Shown in pieces: positions 15,071-30,752 of a DNA stretch of 64,000 nucleotides. Both the position numbers and the translations under genes were made by a program. The stretch is from the human T2T-CHM13v2.0 reference genome, Homo sapiens. Where the stretch lies: assembly GCF_009914755.1 (NCBI RefSeq), contig NC_060927.1, one strand, 5' to 3'. Each line of letters starts with the position of its first letter. The stretch's first letter is position 1. The notes beneath the pieces were generated by a model that saw only the letters and a program-made list of their open reading frames with translations, had not been told where the DNA came from and ran no database searches.

Positions 15071-16610
15071 CCATCAGTGTTTTAAGTTTTTCATATTTCA
15101 TTGGTATCACTTCCCTTTGTTCTGTTTCTTCCTTGACTATTGCTTTATATGGGTGACATCCTGATACTGTAGCAAAGACATGGTGTGACAACTGGCCTTC
15201 ATATCCCTAATAGTCTTAATATATGAGCAGACTCCATTCTGTGTATTAATGTCAGATATTAACACAGGGAAATTGGGCTATTATGACAAAAATAGGAGAT
15301 TTAACCATTTTCATATATTTATATGAATAAATCTTATCTCTTTATAAAACTCACATTTTTAAGGGTAGCTAAAATTTTTATCATGATTTTTAAAATTATG
15401 TTATAAACCTATATGTTAAGAAATATGATAAATATATTTCTTACAGATATATCATTGTTCAAACTTTAGAGATGGCATTAGGGTAATTTAAGGAAGAAAT
15501 TTGAATAATACTTTGTGTTCATAATACCTATACAATGTATTTAGCTAGTCAACAGTTGTGTTCATCTTTCATACTTTATGTAGCATCTAATACAGTACCA
15601 TGCTCATGAGCCTTGATAATTTGGCCATTAATTAAGAGTGGAAATTAGAACTATGAAAATCCTCATGGAATCTTTTTTGCTTTTTCTGGTAAGAATCTCA
15701 GAACTAAATTTAGTCTTTATTGGTAAGATAAATTTCTACCTGAATAATGGTGTACCTCCCCTCCCTTTTTCCTAAATCATGGGCAATCTTAATTTCCTCG
15801 TTGCCTCCCTGCCACTCTTTACTGACCTTTCTAATGTCTCTTTATAGTATGCCACATCAAATCATTTTTTTAAAAGAAGAAGAATATAAACTGTAAATGA
15901 GTTATTAAACTGTAAAGGGAGTTTGGTTGTGATGAAATTAATGACCATGGTTTTTGCCTATTGGAGCAAACCACAAATAAGATACATGTGTATCTTGCAG
16001 AAAATGGCGTGGCCCTAGTGGCAAATAAATCAGCCAGGTAGGGGACATTTCAGAACTAAAATGCTTTAATTTTCTTAACAAAGATTTTCTCAGCATCAAG
16101 GGCTGGCAGTGATTCTACCTCAGCAAAGTCAAACTAGAGAAGGTAAAAGGAGCCCCTTCCCCAAATACTTTTCGGATATATATATTTAAAAGGAACTTGT
16201 TTTTGCCTGTTGAAAGAGAGGTAAAAGTCACAGAAAGACCAAGAACTGTCTTCAAAAAGAATGTATTAATCCAGTTCCAACAGAGTGAGAATACACCTTG
16301 AGATTCTTAATATATCAACTAACATTGCTCTTTGAGTCTTTTGAAATGTCTGCCAAATAGTTGATGGAGAAACCTATGTATTTTTTTAAACGTAAATCTA
16401 TGTAAACTTGAGTACTGGCAGATAATTAATAAATTAATTAATTTAGTGCAGATAAGCATTCCCTAGAAACATGCTTACCACCTTTAAGAGTACAGTGAGC
16501 CCTTAATCTCTCCTGTCTCTGATTGTGGTTTCTTATATTGCTGGTGAGAATTTTCAGTAAATGAATACTGTTTAAATTTTTTGTGTCTCATAATCTTATT
16601 TTTCTTTTAG

Positions 16611-16877
16611 ATTCAAAATAAACCAGAAAAGAAACCTGGAACACCACTCCCACCTCCAGCCACCTCTCCAAGTAGTCCCCGACCTCTCTCCCCGGTTCCC
16701 CATGTGAATAATGTTGTGAATGCGCCATTGTCCATAAACATTCCACGGTTCTACTTTCCTGAAGGACTCCCAGATACCTGTAGTAATCATGAACAAACTC
16801 TAAGCAGAATTGAAACTGCTTTCATGGATATTGAAGAACAGAAAGCAGACATTTATGAAATGGGGAAAATTGCAAAG
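16611..16877 (+). CDS. PPP2R3A: PPP2R3A coding exon (IQNKPEKKPGTPLPPPATSPSSPRP...KADIYEMGKIAK, 89 aa)
   Basis: Acceptor tttcttttag|ATT, donor AAG|GTAATG; 267 nt, phase 0/0; contains the IPRFYFP motif typical of B'' subunits. Confidence 0.95.
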
Positions 16878-18600
16878 GTAATGTAACTACTAAATGATTT
16901 ACAATCTCCCCTTCTTTAGAAACCCTGATCCCCTCCCCTTCTCTAGAAACCCGGATCCCACCCCCCTTCACTGCCTCTTTGCTCTGTTTTTAAGCATGCA
17001 TGGAATTGTTGTTGTTTTTCCCATAGTGATCTTCCATTTCAACCTCCTATTTAATATAAGAATCCCTTCCAAGACATCACCAACTCATAAATTCATTCTC
17101 TGCTTGAATGCTTTCAGAGACTAGAAGCTCTACCTTGCCAGGCAGCCTGGCCTATTGTCAAATACTTGTTTGTTAGAAAATTTTTCCTTGTGCTGAATAG
17201 GAATCTGATTTTTAGTCTCACCCATTGATCATAACTGCCCTAATGCCAGACAAGGAAGCATTAGACCATCTCAATACAGTCATTTTACCCAGAAATAAAT
17301 GGATTTGACAATAGGAAGCAAGTCTTTGGAACTTTCAAATATATCCAACTGCTTCTGAGTTAAAATCTTATCCCCCTAATGTCAGGACTACTCTGACTTG
17401 ATTCTGTGCCTCCAGCCTCCTCCCAGAACAGTTAATACTTAGCATAACCATCAGATTATATTTGATTATGCCATTTCCCAATTTAGCAATATTCAAGAAT
17501 TCCCACCTTCTATAGCAGTGCTTTGTTTTGTTTGGGCTTTATTTTTATTATGCATAAATATTGAAGAGTCAGGTCACACTTCAGGCTTTAGCAGTAGTTT
17601 AGGCTGTGCTTCAAGAGGCAGAGGGGTTTAGAAGGCTAAGGGCTGCATGGAGGCAAGTAGGAGACCAAGTGAGAATACCTAAGAGCCCATGCACACTTCC
17701 ACTGAGAAGGGTTCCCCTGCTTTCAGGAGTAATGTTAAAAAGTTGGAAAACTACCATTCTTCAGGATAAACCTCAAACTTCTCTTCCTGGCATTCCATGG
17801 CTTCCACAGCCTGGCCCCAGAGTTTCTTTCCAAACTTGCCTAAAATTTTCCTGTATAAGCGTGACCCTCTTGCCCTCTCATAGGCACACCTCTGCATTTG
17901 GGCTCTCAGAGTTCTCCCTCCAGAGTGGGCTTCCCCTCCTGCCAACCTCCTCAGCATCCACTTTGTTGAAGACCTAGCTTCCATTGTGTATTATTGGAGA
18001 AGTCCCTGAACCCTCACTTGTCATGCCCTGCCCTACCTCTGACCTCACAGAGCATTTGTCATTGCTGTTAAATGATATGTAACTAGAGTGATTTTAAAGG
18101 AAATGAAAAGGAATTCTTTGTTCTCTTCCTTCATTCCCCCTTCTTAAAAATTGCTTGTTGATACCCTAGATGCTTCTAATGAAAAACAAACTCATTCCAG
18201 AAATAAGAGCTTATCTGTTTCCATTCCATTTTACTTATGAGGGAACTGCAGTTCTACAAGTACTTACCTGAAGTCACAGAGCTAGTTCATGCCGGGAGAC
18301 AAGTTGTCTAACTTCTAGCACAGTGCTGTTTCTACATATGTCATCTCCCTGGACATGTGGTAACAGTAACTAACTTCCAGTTAATAGCCACCCAAATATA
18401 TTACAAGTTCTTTAAGGCATTCAGGGTTTTCTTACCCAATTCTTTTAGAGGTGGCTATTGCGTTAGATGACAGAACCCTGATGATAAAATTTCTGAATGG
18501 GCTGGAACTATGGCTGTAAATCCAAAAGATAAAATTTAACAAGGCTGAATGAAATCTGCATTTGGAGGTAATATGGTAACTACATAAATGCCAACAGGGT

Positions 18601-18923
<323 letters not shown>

Positions 18924-19708
18924 TAACACGAGAGCAATTTGTGTGAAAGAGACAGAAGGTTTCATGGATTGCCTCAGGTAAGCAGACAAAGAGAAACTTT
19001 CCAGATTAGGGCATAGTAGTTCCCTGGTACAGTGCTGAGGTCATCATGTCTGGAGAGCCCTTCTTCCTCTGAATATTCCCAACTGCTGACTGAGGAGCCC
19101 ATTCTCCTGTGTCTTTGTACTGCTCTGCCTCCACATCCTTTATGGTCTGGCCTCCCATTCCTGTGGCATGGTAGCCCTGCCTTGCTCTGTGGCTCGGGGC
19201 CTTGCTAGCACTCCACAGATTCAGTGAGAGGAGAGCAGAAAGCCTAAAGACTCCACAGTGCTCAAGGGAGGTGTCAAAAAGAATATAGTCAAGGCAGGAT
19301 AGAGGTCTCTGGAAGGTGGGGAGCCGGAGGAACGACTTTGCCATTTATGTGCAGTGAGAATCAGTCTGTATGTGGCATCAGAAAAAAACAGCAGTGTTGA
19401 AACTGACAGATAACATGGAGAAGTTTAAAAAGATAGAAAACTAATTTGTTTAGCCATAGGGACAGTCATTTACGTAACAATTTGCTACTTATACCTAATA
19501 ATCGTGGTGCAATAGCCATTATACATATATATGTCTGATTAACTTGTCTGAATTATACTTCATTATAGCCCTAAATTCTATTCATGGGCACCAAGCCTTT
19601 TTGTTCATTGCTCTTAGATCTTAATTGTCAGTTCAGGTAGCAAAGTAAACTGCACATACCTTTAAAAAGTTAAAACCAACACTGCATTTTTATAAAATGA
19701 GGATGCGT

Positions 19709-20004
19709 GGCCAGGCACAGTAACTCATGCCTATAATCCCAGGACTTTGGGAGGTCGAGGCAGGAGAATCGCTTGAGCCTGGGAGTCCAAGACCAGCCTG
19801 GGCAACATAGTGAGACCCCATCTCTACAGATAATAATTTTTTAAAAATTGCCTGGGTGTAGTGACATGTGCCTGTGGTCCTAGCTACTCAGGAGGCTGAG
19901 GCAGGAAGATCACCTGAGCTCAGGAGGTTGAGGCTACAGTGAGCCATGATCATACCACCACACTCCAGCCTGGGTGACAGAGTGAGAACCTGTCTCAATA
20001 AAAA
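19709..20004 (+). mobile_element. Alu (AluJ-like)
   Basis: Diverged full dimer. Confidence 0.9.
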
Positions 20005-20543
20005 GTTGGGGCAGGGGGATGTGTATATAATTACCTGGGAAGTTGAGGGGGATGTGTATATAATTACCTGAAAAGATATCTTGAGTGTGTCAGTTTGTTT
20101 GTTTTTTTTGCCTCTTTATTCTTAAAATTGTTTATTTAAAAGTTGATTTAATCATGTCTTCCAGTTAGCTAATTCTCTTTTTTTCTAATTTTATTTCCAT
20201 GGTTTGTTGGGAAACAGGTGATGTTTGGTTACACGAGTAAGTTCTTTAGTGGTGATTTGTGAGATTTTGGTGCATCCGTCACCCAGGCAGTATACACTGC
20301 ACCCTATTTGTAGTGTTTTATCCCTCACCCCTTCCCACCCTTTACCCCTTAGTCCCCAAAGTCCATTGTGTCATTCTTATGCCTTTGCATCCTCATAGCT
20401 TAGCTCCCACTTATGAGTGAGAACATATGATGTTTGGTTTTCCATTCCTGAGTTACTTCACATGGAATAGTCTCCAATCTCATCCTGGTCACTGCGAATG
20501 CCATTAATTCATTCCTTTTTATGGCTGAGTAGTATTCCATCAC

Positions 20544-20596
<53 letters not shown>

Positions 20597-22281
20597 TGTA
20601 TGTATGTATACACACACACACACACACACATGCCCCAGTTTATCCATTTGTTGATTGATGGGCATTGGGTTGGTTTCACATTTTTGCAATTGCGAATTGT
20701 GCTGCTATAAACATGCATGTACAAGTATCTTTTTTTACAGTGACTTCTTTTCCTCTGAGTAGATACCCAGTAGTGGGATTGCTGGATAAAATGGTAGTTC
20801 TACTTTTAGTTCTTTAAAGAATCTCCACACTGTTTTCCATAGTGGTTATACTAGTTTACATTCCCACCAGCAGTGTAGAAATGTTCCCTGTTCACTGCAG
20901 CCATGCCAACATCTACTGTTTTATTTTGTTTTGTTTTTTCAGGGGTAAGGTGGTATCACATTGTGGTTTTGCAGGGGTTAAGGTTCTTCTTGGAGGGGTA
21001 AGGTGGTATCGCATTGTGGTTTTGATTTGCATTTCCCTGATCATTAGTGACATTGAACATTTTTTATATGTTTATTGGCCATTTGTATATCTTCTTTTGA
21101 GAATTGCCTATTCATGTCATTAGCCCACTTTTTGATGGGATTATTTTTTTCTTGTTGATATGAGTTCATTGTAGATTCTGGATATTAGTCCTTTGTCAGA
21201 TGTATAGATCTTGAAGACTTTTTCCCACTCTGTGGGTTGTCTGTTTACTTGCTGACTGTTCCTTTCACCATGCAAAACCTCTTTATTTTAATTAAGTCCT
21301 AGCAATTTATCTTTGTTTTTGTTACATTTGCTTTTGGGTTCTTGGTCATGAAATCTTTGCCTAAGCCAATGTCTAGAAGGGTTTTCCCATTGTTATCTTC
21401 TAGAATTTTTATAGTTTCAGGTCTTAGATTTAAGTCCTTAGTCCATCTTGAGTTGATTTTTGTAAAAGGTGACAGACGAGGATCAGTTTCATTCTCCTAC
21501 ATGTGACTAGCCAATTATCCCAGCACCATTTGTTTGAAAAGAGTATGCTTTCCCTGCTTTATGTTTTTGTTTACCTTGTCAAAGATCAGTTGGCTGTAAG
21601 TATTGGGCTTTATCTCTGTGTTCTCTATTCTGTTCCACTGGTCTATGTGCCTATTTTTATAACAGTACCATGCTGTTTTGGTGACTATGGCCTTATAGTA
21701 TAGTTTGAAATCAGGTAATGTGACACCTCTAGATTTATTCTTTTTGCTTAGTCTTGCGTTGGCCATGCGGGCTCTTTTTTGGTTCTATATGAATTTTAGA
21801 ATTGTTTTTTCTAATTCTGTGAAAAATGTTGATGGTATTTTTATAGGAATTGTGATGGGAATTGCATTGAGTCTGTAGATTGCTTTTGGCAGAATGGTCA
21901 TTTTCACAATATTGATTCTACCCATCCATGAGCATGGGATGTGTTTCCATTTGTTTGTGTCATCTGTGATTTCTTTCAGCAGTGGTTTGTGGTTTTACTT
22001 GTAGAGGTCTTTCACCTCCTTGGTTAGGTATATTGCTAAGTATGTTTTTTGTTTGTTTGTTTGTTTTTTGCAGCTGTTGTAAAAGGGGTCGAGTTCTTGA
22101 TTTGATACTCAGCTTGCTCGTTGTTGGTGTATAGAAGAGCTACTGATTCGTGTACATTAATTTTGTCTTCGAAAACTTTGCTGAATTATTTTATCAGTTC
22201 CAGGAGTTTTCTGGAGGAGTTTTTAGGATCTTCTGGGTAAACGATCATATCATCAGCAAACAGCGAGAATTTGACTTTCTC

Positions 22282-22617
22282 TTTTTTTTTTTAATTAATT
22301 AATTTATTTATTTATTTATTTTTTTTCCTGAGACGGAGTCTCGCTCTGTCGCCCAGGCTGGAGTGCAGTGGCTCAATCTCAGCTCACTGCAGACTGCAAG
22401 CTCTGCCTCCCGGGTTGACACCATTCTCCTGCCTCAGCCTCCCAAGTAGCTGGGACTACAGGCACCCACCACCATGCCCAGCTAATTTTTTGTGTTTTTA
22501 GTAGAGACGGGGTTTCACCATGTTAGCCAGGATGGTCTCGATCTCCTGACCTCGTGATCTGCCCGCCTCGGCCTTCCAAAGTGCTGGGATTATAGGCGTG
22601 AGCCACCACACCCGGCC
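22282..22617 (-). mobile_element. AluY-like nested in L1 ORF2
   Basis: Full dimer; gactt(t/c)ctcttt TSD. Confidence 0.92.
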
Positions 22618-23683
22618 GACTTCCTCTTTATTGATTTGGGTGCCCTTTATTTCTTTCTCTTGTTTGATTGCTCTGACTAGGACTTCCAGTACTATGTTGA
22701 AGAAGAGTAGTAAGAGTGGGCATCCTTGTCTTGTTCCAGTTCTCAGAGGGAATGCTTTCCACTTTTCCCAATTCAGTATTATGTTGGCTGTGGGCTTGTC
22801 ATAGATGGCTTTTATTACATTGAGGTATGTCCCTTGTATGCCAATTTTGCTGAGAGTTTTCATCATAAAGGGATGCTGGATTTTATCAAATGCTTTTTCT
22901 CCATTTATTGAGATGATCATGTGATTTTGGTTTTTAATTCTGTTTTTGTGGTGTATCACATCTATTGACTTGCATATGTTAAACCATCCCTGCATCCCTG
23001 ATATGAAACCCACTTAATCATGGTGGATTATCTGTTTGATATGTTGTTAGATTCAGTTAGCTAGTATTTTGTTAAGGATTTTAGCATCTGTGTTCATCAG
23101 GGATATTGGTCTGTAGGTTTTTGTTTGTTTGGTTGGTTATGTCCTCCTTTCCTGGTTTTGGTATTAGGGTGATGCCGGCTTCATAGAATGAATTAGGGAG
23201 GGTTCCCTGTTTCTCTGTCTTGTGGAATAGTGTCAATAGGATTGGTACCAATTCTTCTTTGAATGTCTGGTAGAATTCGGCTGTGAATCCGTCTGTCCTT
23301 GACTTTTTTTGTTGGTAATTTTTAAACTACCATTTCAATATCACTGCTTGTTGCTGGTCTGTTCAGGGTATCTAATTCTTCCTGATTTAAGCTAGAAGGG
23401 TTGTATCTTTCCAGGAATTTATTCATCTCTTCTAGGTTTTCTAGTTTATGTGTGTAAAGGTGTTCATAGTAACCTTGAATGATCTTCTGTATTTCTGTGG
23501 TGTCAGTTGTAATATCTCCTGTTTTGTTTCTTATTGAGCTTATTTGGATTTTCTCTCTTCTTTTCTTAGTTAGTCTTGCTAATGGTCTATCAATTTTATT
23601 TATCTTTTCAAAGAACTAGCTTTTTGTTTCATTTATTTTTTGTATTTTTTTTCTTTTGTATTATTTTTTTCAATTTCATTTAG

Positions 23684-24120
<437 letters not shown>

Positions 24121-27100
24121 AGACTTTTTGATGTAGGCGTTTAGGGCTATGAACTTTTCTCTTAGCATTGCCTTTGCTGTGTCCCAGAGGGTTTGATAGG
24201 TTGTGTCACTATTGTCATTCAGTTTGAAGAATGTTTTAATTTCCATCTTGATTTCATTTTTGACCCAGTGATCATTCAGGAGCAGATTATTTAATTTCCA
24301 TGTATTTGCATGGTTTTGAGGGTTCCTTTTGGAGTTGATTTCAGGTTTTATTCCACTGTAGTCTGAGAGAGTGCTTGATATAATTTCAACTTTCTTAAAT
24401 GTATTGAGGCTCGTTTTGTGGCCTCTTCTATGGTCTATCTTGGAGAAAGTTCCATGTGCTGTTGAATAGAATGCATATTCTGCAGTTGTTAGATGGAATG
24501 TTCTGTATATGTCTATTAAGTCCATTTGTTCCAGGGTATAGTTTAAATCCATTGTTTGTTTATTGACTTTCTGTCTTGACCTGTTTAGTGCTGTCAGTGG
24601 AGTACTGAAGTCCCCCACTCTTGTTGTGTTAAACTGTCTGTCTCATTTCTTAGGTCTATTAGTAATTGTTTTATAAATTTGGGAGCTCCAGTGTTAGTGC
24701 ATATATGTTTAGGATTGTGGTATTTTCCTGTTGGAAAAGGCCTTTTATCATTATGTAATGTCCCTCTTTTTCTTTTTTAACTGTTGTTCCTTTAAAGTTT
24801 GTCTGATATAAGAATAGCCACTCCTCACTTTTGGTGTCCATTTGCCTGAAATGTCTTTTTCCACTCCTTTACCTTAAGTTTGTGCAAGTCCTTATGTGTT
24901 AGGTGAGTCTCTTGAAGGCAGCAGATAATTGGTTGGTGAATTCTTATCAATTCTTCAATTCTGTATCTTTAAGTGGAGTATTTAGGCCATTTACATTCAA
25001 CATTAGTAGTGAGATATGAGGTACCATTCCATTCATCATGCTATTTGTTTCCTGTATATCTTGGTTTTTTGTTTTTGTTTTTTAAATTGCATTTTTGTTT
25101 TATAGGTCCTGTGGGATTTATGCTTTAAAGAGGTTCTGTTTTGGGTGTTTCCAGGATTTGTTTCAAGATTTAGAGCTCCTTTTATCAGTTCTTGTAGTGG
25201 TGGCTTGGTAGTGGCGAATTCTCTCAGCATTTGTTTTTCGGAAAAAGACTATCTTTTCTTTACATATGAAGCTTAGTTTTGCTGGATACAAAATTTTGGC
25301 TGATAATTGTTTTGTTTGAGGAGGCTGAAGATAGGGCCGCAATTCCTTCTAGCTTGTAGGGCTCTGCTGAGAAATCTGCTGTTAATCTGATAGGTTTTCC
25401 TTTTTAGGTTACGTAGTACTTTGGTGTCACCACTCTTAAGATTCTTTCCTTTATCTTAACTTTAGATTACCTGATGAGAGTGTGCCTAGGCAGTGATCTT
25501 TGTGTGATGAATTTCCCAGATGTTCTTTGTGCTTCTTGTATTTGGATGTCTAGGTCTCTAGCAAGGCTGGGGAAGTTTTCCTCAATTATTCTCCCAAGTA
25601 TGTTTTCCAAACTTTAAATTTCTCTTCTTCCTCAGGAACACCAATCAATCTTAGGTTTGGTCGTTTAACATAATTCTTGACTCCTTAGAGGCTTTGTTCA
25701 TATTTTCTTTTTTTTTTCTTTGTCTTTGTTGGATTGGGTTAATTTGAAGACCTTGTCTTTGAGCTCTGAATTTCTTTCTTCTGCTTGTTCAGTTCCATTG
25801 CTGAGACTTTCCAGAGCATTTTGCGTTTCTATAAGTGTGTCCATTGTTTCCTGAAGTTTTGATTGTTTTTTATTTATGCTATTTCCTTGAATATTTTTCC
25901 CTTCACTTGTATCATTTTTTGGATTTCCTTACATTGGGCTTTGCCTTTCTCTGGTGCCTCCCTGATTAGCTTAATAACTAACCTTCTGAATTCTTTTTCA
26001 GGTAAATCAGGGATTTCTTCTTGGTTTGGGTCCATTGCTGATAAGCTAGTGTGATTTTTTGAAGGTATTAAAGAACATTGTTTTGTCATATAACCAGAGT
26101 TGGTTTTCTGGTTCCTTCTCATATGGGTAGGCTCTGTCAGAGGAAAGGTCTAGGGCTGAAGGCTGTTAGTCAGATTCTTTTGTCCCACAGGGTGTTCCCT
26201 TGATTTAGTACTCTCCCCCTTTTCCTATGGATGTGGCTTCTTGAGAGCCAAGCTGTAGTGATTGTTATCTCTCTTCTGGATCTAGCCGCCCAGCAAGTCC
26301 AGGCTCTGGACTGCTACTGGGGGTTGTCTGCACAGCGTCCTGTGATGTGAACCCTCTGTGGGTCTCTCAGCTGTGTATACCAGCACAGTATTTGGGGTGC
26401 CTCTTGGGTCCCACAGGAACAGTCCGCTTCCTTCAGGGGGTCTGTGGGTCTTCTCAGGTTTCCTGATTTATTCCTGCAGTTGTTCTGGAGCAAAAATTCT
26501 CACTGCAAGCCTCCACACACTGCTCTGTCTGTCCCAAGTTGGAGCTGCAGTCTAGTCCTGCCTCCCGTCCACCATGATCCCCTCAGTCCTCAGAGACTTT
26601 TTATTACTCCTAATTCTCTTTTAATTTAGCTTTTACTTGGCTATTGCAGTCTATTAGTACTCACTAAGTCATCCTTATTTTCGACAGTTCTTTACTATGC
26701 ATGCAAGTCTTTTCTGGTACCAGGCAGTGAGCTCTGTGTCTCCAGCACTTACTGTTCATATTCTTATGATAGGTTGGCATAGGAAAGAGGAGAAGAGAGG
26801 CAACCTTTAAGGAGTAAGGAGGAGAGAGTTTGTTAGAGCAATAAATGAATGTTCTTATGGATTCTTGTAGTTTATAAAGTTATTTGGAAGACCAGCTTGA
26901 GTTTGCCGCTTACTCTTAGTGGCACTCAAATGTAGCTGTAAAGACTGGGATCTGTTTTTAAGTGCCTAGAAAACTCTGTGTTTATGGAATCTGCATCTGT
27001 TGGTGAAGTTTAGCTCATTCATCTTAGACCTCAAACAGCCCTGAAGAACTTAATGCTTACATCTGGTTAAATTCTCAGTGTGTAGTTTGTACGTTTTTCC

Positions 27101-27354
27101 ACAGCTTTAAGTAATGATAGAGAAGAAAAGAATAGAGAATGAATCTCAGAGAAATGAAAGCAACTTAGGAACAGAAACAGAGAAACAGTAAGAAATGCAT
27201 TTTTCAGAGACTGGGCCAAAGGATTCATCATGGAGTTTTAACTTCTAGCAGAAAGTTGAGGAAAAGGAATAAGACTCTTTTCTGAACCATACAAAGCCCC
27301 GCAGCTCCTGTCTTCTGGCTGACATAGCACCATCTTTACCCATCACACCTGTGG

Positions 27355-27460
27355 CCTGGAAGGTAGCCTCTCTGTACCTGAATTTCTTCATCTGTAAAAT
27401 GGGATTAAAAAAATCACTGCCCTCATCTATGTGAGGATCACGTGAAGGCCAAATGAAATT
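27355..27460 (+). mobile_element. MIR fragment
   Basis: tctctgtacctgaatttcttcatctgtaaaatggga core. Confidence 0.65.
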
Positions 27461-29192
27461 ACAAGCCTGAGACATCTTTAAATGTTGAAAGAAGATTACA
27501 AACATTGGGTAATCATCCTCTCCTATGTGTATCATTAGACAACCTTGCTTTGGATTATTTGTTTTGTTGGCCATTCTTAGATCAAATCGTAGGTGTTGAT
27601 CAAGTTTTCTTTGCTCCAGAACTTTGATTACCATATATTGACTCGCCTCCCCCTCTAAAAATAAGTTTCCTAAATCTATTTTCTGTATCTCTGTGTATAC
27701 CCACTTGCTATCCACTCTTCCTTTGTAAAAAAAAAAACAAAAACAAAATGTCAGTATTCACACTTCACACTTCAACAAGAAAAAGCTTGTTCTCTCTTCT
27801 ATTAATAAAAGTGCTATTTTCTTGCCTTCAGATTAATACCATTTACTGTTTAGGTTCTTATTGATCTCCTGGCTCCTTTTACCTTAAATCTTTGATTTTT
27901 AAGCAGATGCAGGCTAGCATACTTTTTTTAATAGAGTGTAATGTCCATAGCCCTTACCATTCTGCCTTTCCCATTTTTTCCCTTTGTCATTTTTCCAAGG
28001 GCATAATACCCTCCTGCTGTATAACACTTGGCTACTCAGGGTACCCCACTATGAGAACAATAGGCTGACCTTTTCCAGTCTACTTCAGAACATCTTTGTT
28101 CTGTACCCTGTCTCTGAGGATTTTGCCTCTGGGTCATAATAAGTTTATTAATCTTCAGAGACTTAATCCTCCTTATGAGCTGGTGTATATCCATTTTAAT
28201 AGGAGTCTTCTGGAGAAAAGACTGTAAGAGAATGAAATTTGCTTAGTTAGTGGAAGTTACCCCACAGAAGGTGGTAAGCACACAGCCCCTGGAAGTGTTT
28301 CTGATCAGGAAGTTAAAAGATTCCTGATCCCTTCCAGTTCTGAAAAATTCATGAGTGACTCTAATGGTGGGAGTTTGAAGCACTTTGGTAAGCCAGTTCC
28401 AGCGTCTCCGCACACCGTCTGTTTGTGGCTCCATTCACCCTGCCTCCATGATACAGACGATTCTTTCCCAGTAGTTGCCACTAGCCCATCACTAAGACTG
28501 TCTAAGAGCATTTTCTTGGCAAACCACCATTCTGCATGAAAGGAGAGTCTAGGATTGGGGAAAGTGGATTCAACAGCTTATACAGCCAGAGTATATTAAT
28601 TGTGAGCTTTGCACCTTGGTAATAATTATGTATACAATAAACAAAATCACATGGTTGCTAAGCAACACCTTTCCCTCATTCTTGACCCCAGTGGAGGTAT
28701 GAGATATTCGACCTCTGGACTTAAAAAATCTTAAATTCTGCTCTGCTTGCAGACATGCTTTAGTGGCCCTGGCAGTAGCAGCCTCTTATTTCTGCCCTGT
28801 CCTTACCTCCCTTGGCTTGAATCTTGCCTTCCATATCTCCATGAACCCAGCAGCCTGGATGTTCTTTCAGGATAACTAATGTCAGACTAGGTACTCTTCA
28901 GGCTCCTGTGGGGGTCCCCTGTGCACTGAAGTCTCACACCAGGAGCAGCTTCACCTAAGCCTAAGGTGGATGCACATCTAGTCTTCCTCTAGAGGAGAGG
29001 CTTTTCCTCTGTAGAATGATGAGGGCGCAACAGATCCTGGGTCTAATGTGAATAATAACATATTTATCTCATAACAAAATGTGACTTGTTGAAGAGTTCC
29101 ACATTTGGGATATGTTTTCTGTGTGTGTAGAAATTGAGATGATTTGGAGACTATTTCTTTGCTAATAGTAACGATTGTATTATTACTTACAG

Positions 29193-29536
29193 CAGCGGTC
29201 CCCAACCTTTTTGGCACCAGGGACTAGCTTTGTGGAAGACAGTTTTTCCATGGATGGGGGTAGAGTGGGGGTAGTTTCAGGATGAAACTGTTCTGCCTCA
29301 GATCCTCAGGCATGCGTTAGATAGAGTGCACAACCTAGATCCCTTGCATGCACAGTTCACGATAGGGTTCACTCTCCTATAACAATCTGATGCTGCCACT
29401 GATCTGACAGGAGGTGGAGCTCAGGTGGTACTGCTCGCTCACCTGCCCTTCACCTCCTGCTGTGTGGCCCAGTACCTAACAGGCCACGGACTGTTACCTC
29501 TCCATGTGTCCATGGCCTGGGACTTGGGGACCTCTT
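29193..29536. mobile_element. MER1B-like hAT-Charlie DNA transposon
   Basis: Starts cagcggtccccaacctttttggcaccaggg and ends ttggggacc (terminal inverted repeats). Confidence 0.85.
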
Positions 29537-30042
29537 CCTTTCAATTAAAAATAAATTGTCCTTTTACTCTCATGAGAAAGAGAGTTCTTACTAAATTTAC
29601 CTCCCTTTTCATAGAGAATTTTTTCTCCTTCAGGTTTTTTTTAATTGAAAGAAAGAGCTTTTTATCGAGAAAAATCAATACCTTTTAGGGTACTAAAATT
29701 GTTTTATATTCATTTCCAGTCTTTCCTAAGGCTTTGTAATCATTTGTGGTAGCCTCTAATATATAAATAAATTATAGCATTTTACCTTTCATCTTTTACC
29801 TGAATTATAACCATTTAAATAGATATGATAGCTGTTTTCTTGAGCAGTCTAGGATTTTCTGGTTCTTCTTGAACCTGGGACTTAATAACATAATAGGCAA
29901 AGGAGAGAGAAGGAGATAGGTAGTGGAATATTAACACGAAGTTATTTTCTGCTTAAGGAATGAATGAAGGACATATATTACAACTGTGACATTCAGTCAT
30001 TTCTTTTTCTTTCTAGAAGGTAGTAAATTTATAAGAGTGGTA

Positions 30043-30362
<320 letters not shown>

Positions 30363-30648
30363 TTAACTGTCAGGTTGGAGGAGGGAATCACTTTAAATGG
30401 ACTTGGAGAAAACATAAATGAATTTCCGTTTTCTTCATTGAACATGTTCTCTTATTTTGTTTCCCCTCTGCCTCTCTCTGAATCTACGTAGCCTAGTTGA
30501 TATATTTTCCTATGCTCCAGTTTTGTTCTCCTGAGGGCTCTTCCATCCACTGTGGCATGAAGGGTAAAAGCCACAAAGATCTTTTCTTTGGCCGTGTCAT
30601 CTCTTCATTCCCTGTTGGGCTTACCCTGTATGTGTTTTCTATTTGCAG

Positions 30649-30752
30649 GTCTGTGGCTGTCCTCTCTATTGGAAAGCCCCCATGTTCAGGGCTGCAGGGG
30701 GAGAGAAGACAGGATTTGTGACAGCACAGTCATTCATTGCCATGTGGAGAAA
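30649..30752 (+). CDS. PPP2R3A: PPP2R3A coding exon (VCGCPLYWKAPMFRAAGGEKTGFVTAQSFIAMWR-K)
   Basis: Acceptor ttttctatttgcag|GTC, donor AA|GTAAGT; 104 nt, phase 0/2; open in the frame that continues the previous exon. Confidence 0.95.

Noticed and set aside
27245-28539. 156-aa minus-strand ORF and neighbouring short ORFs
   Set aside because: No recognisable homology or splice structure, and the ORF overlaps a MIR
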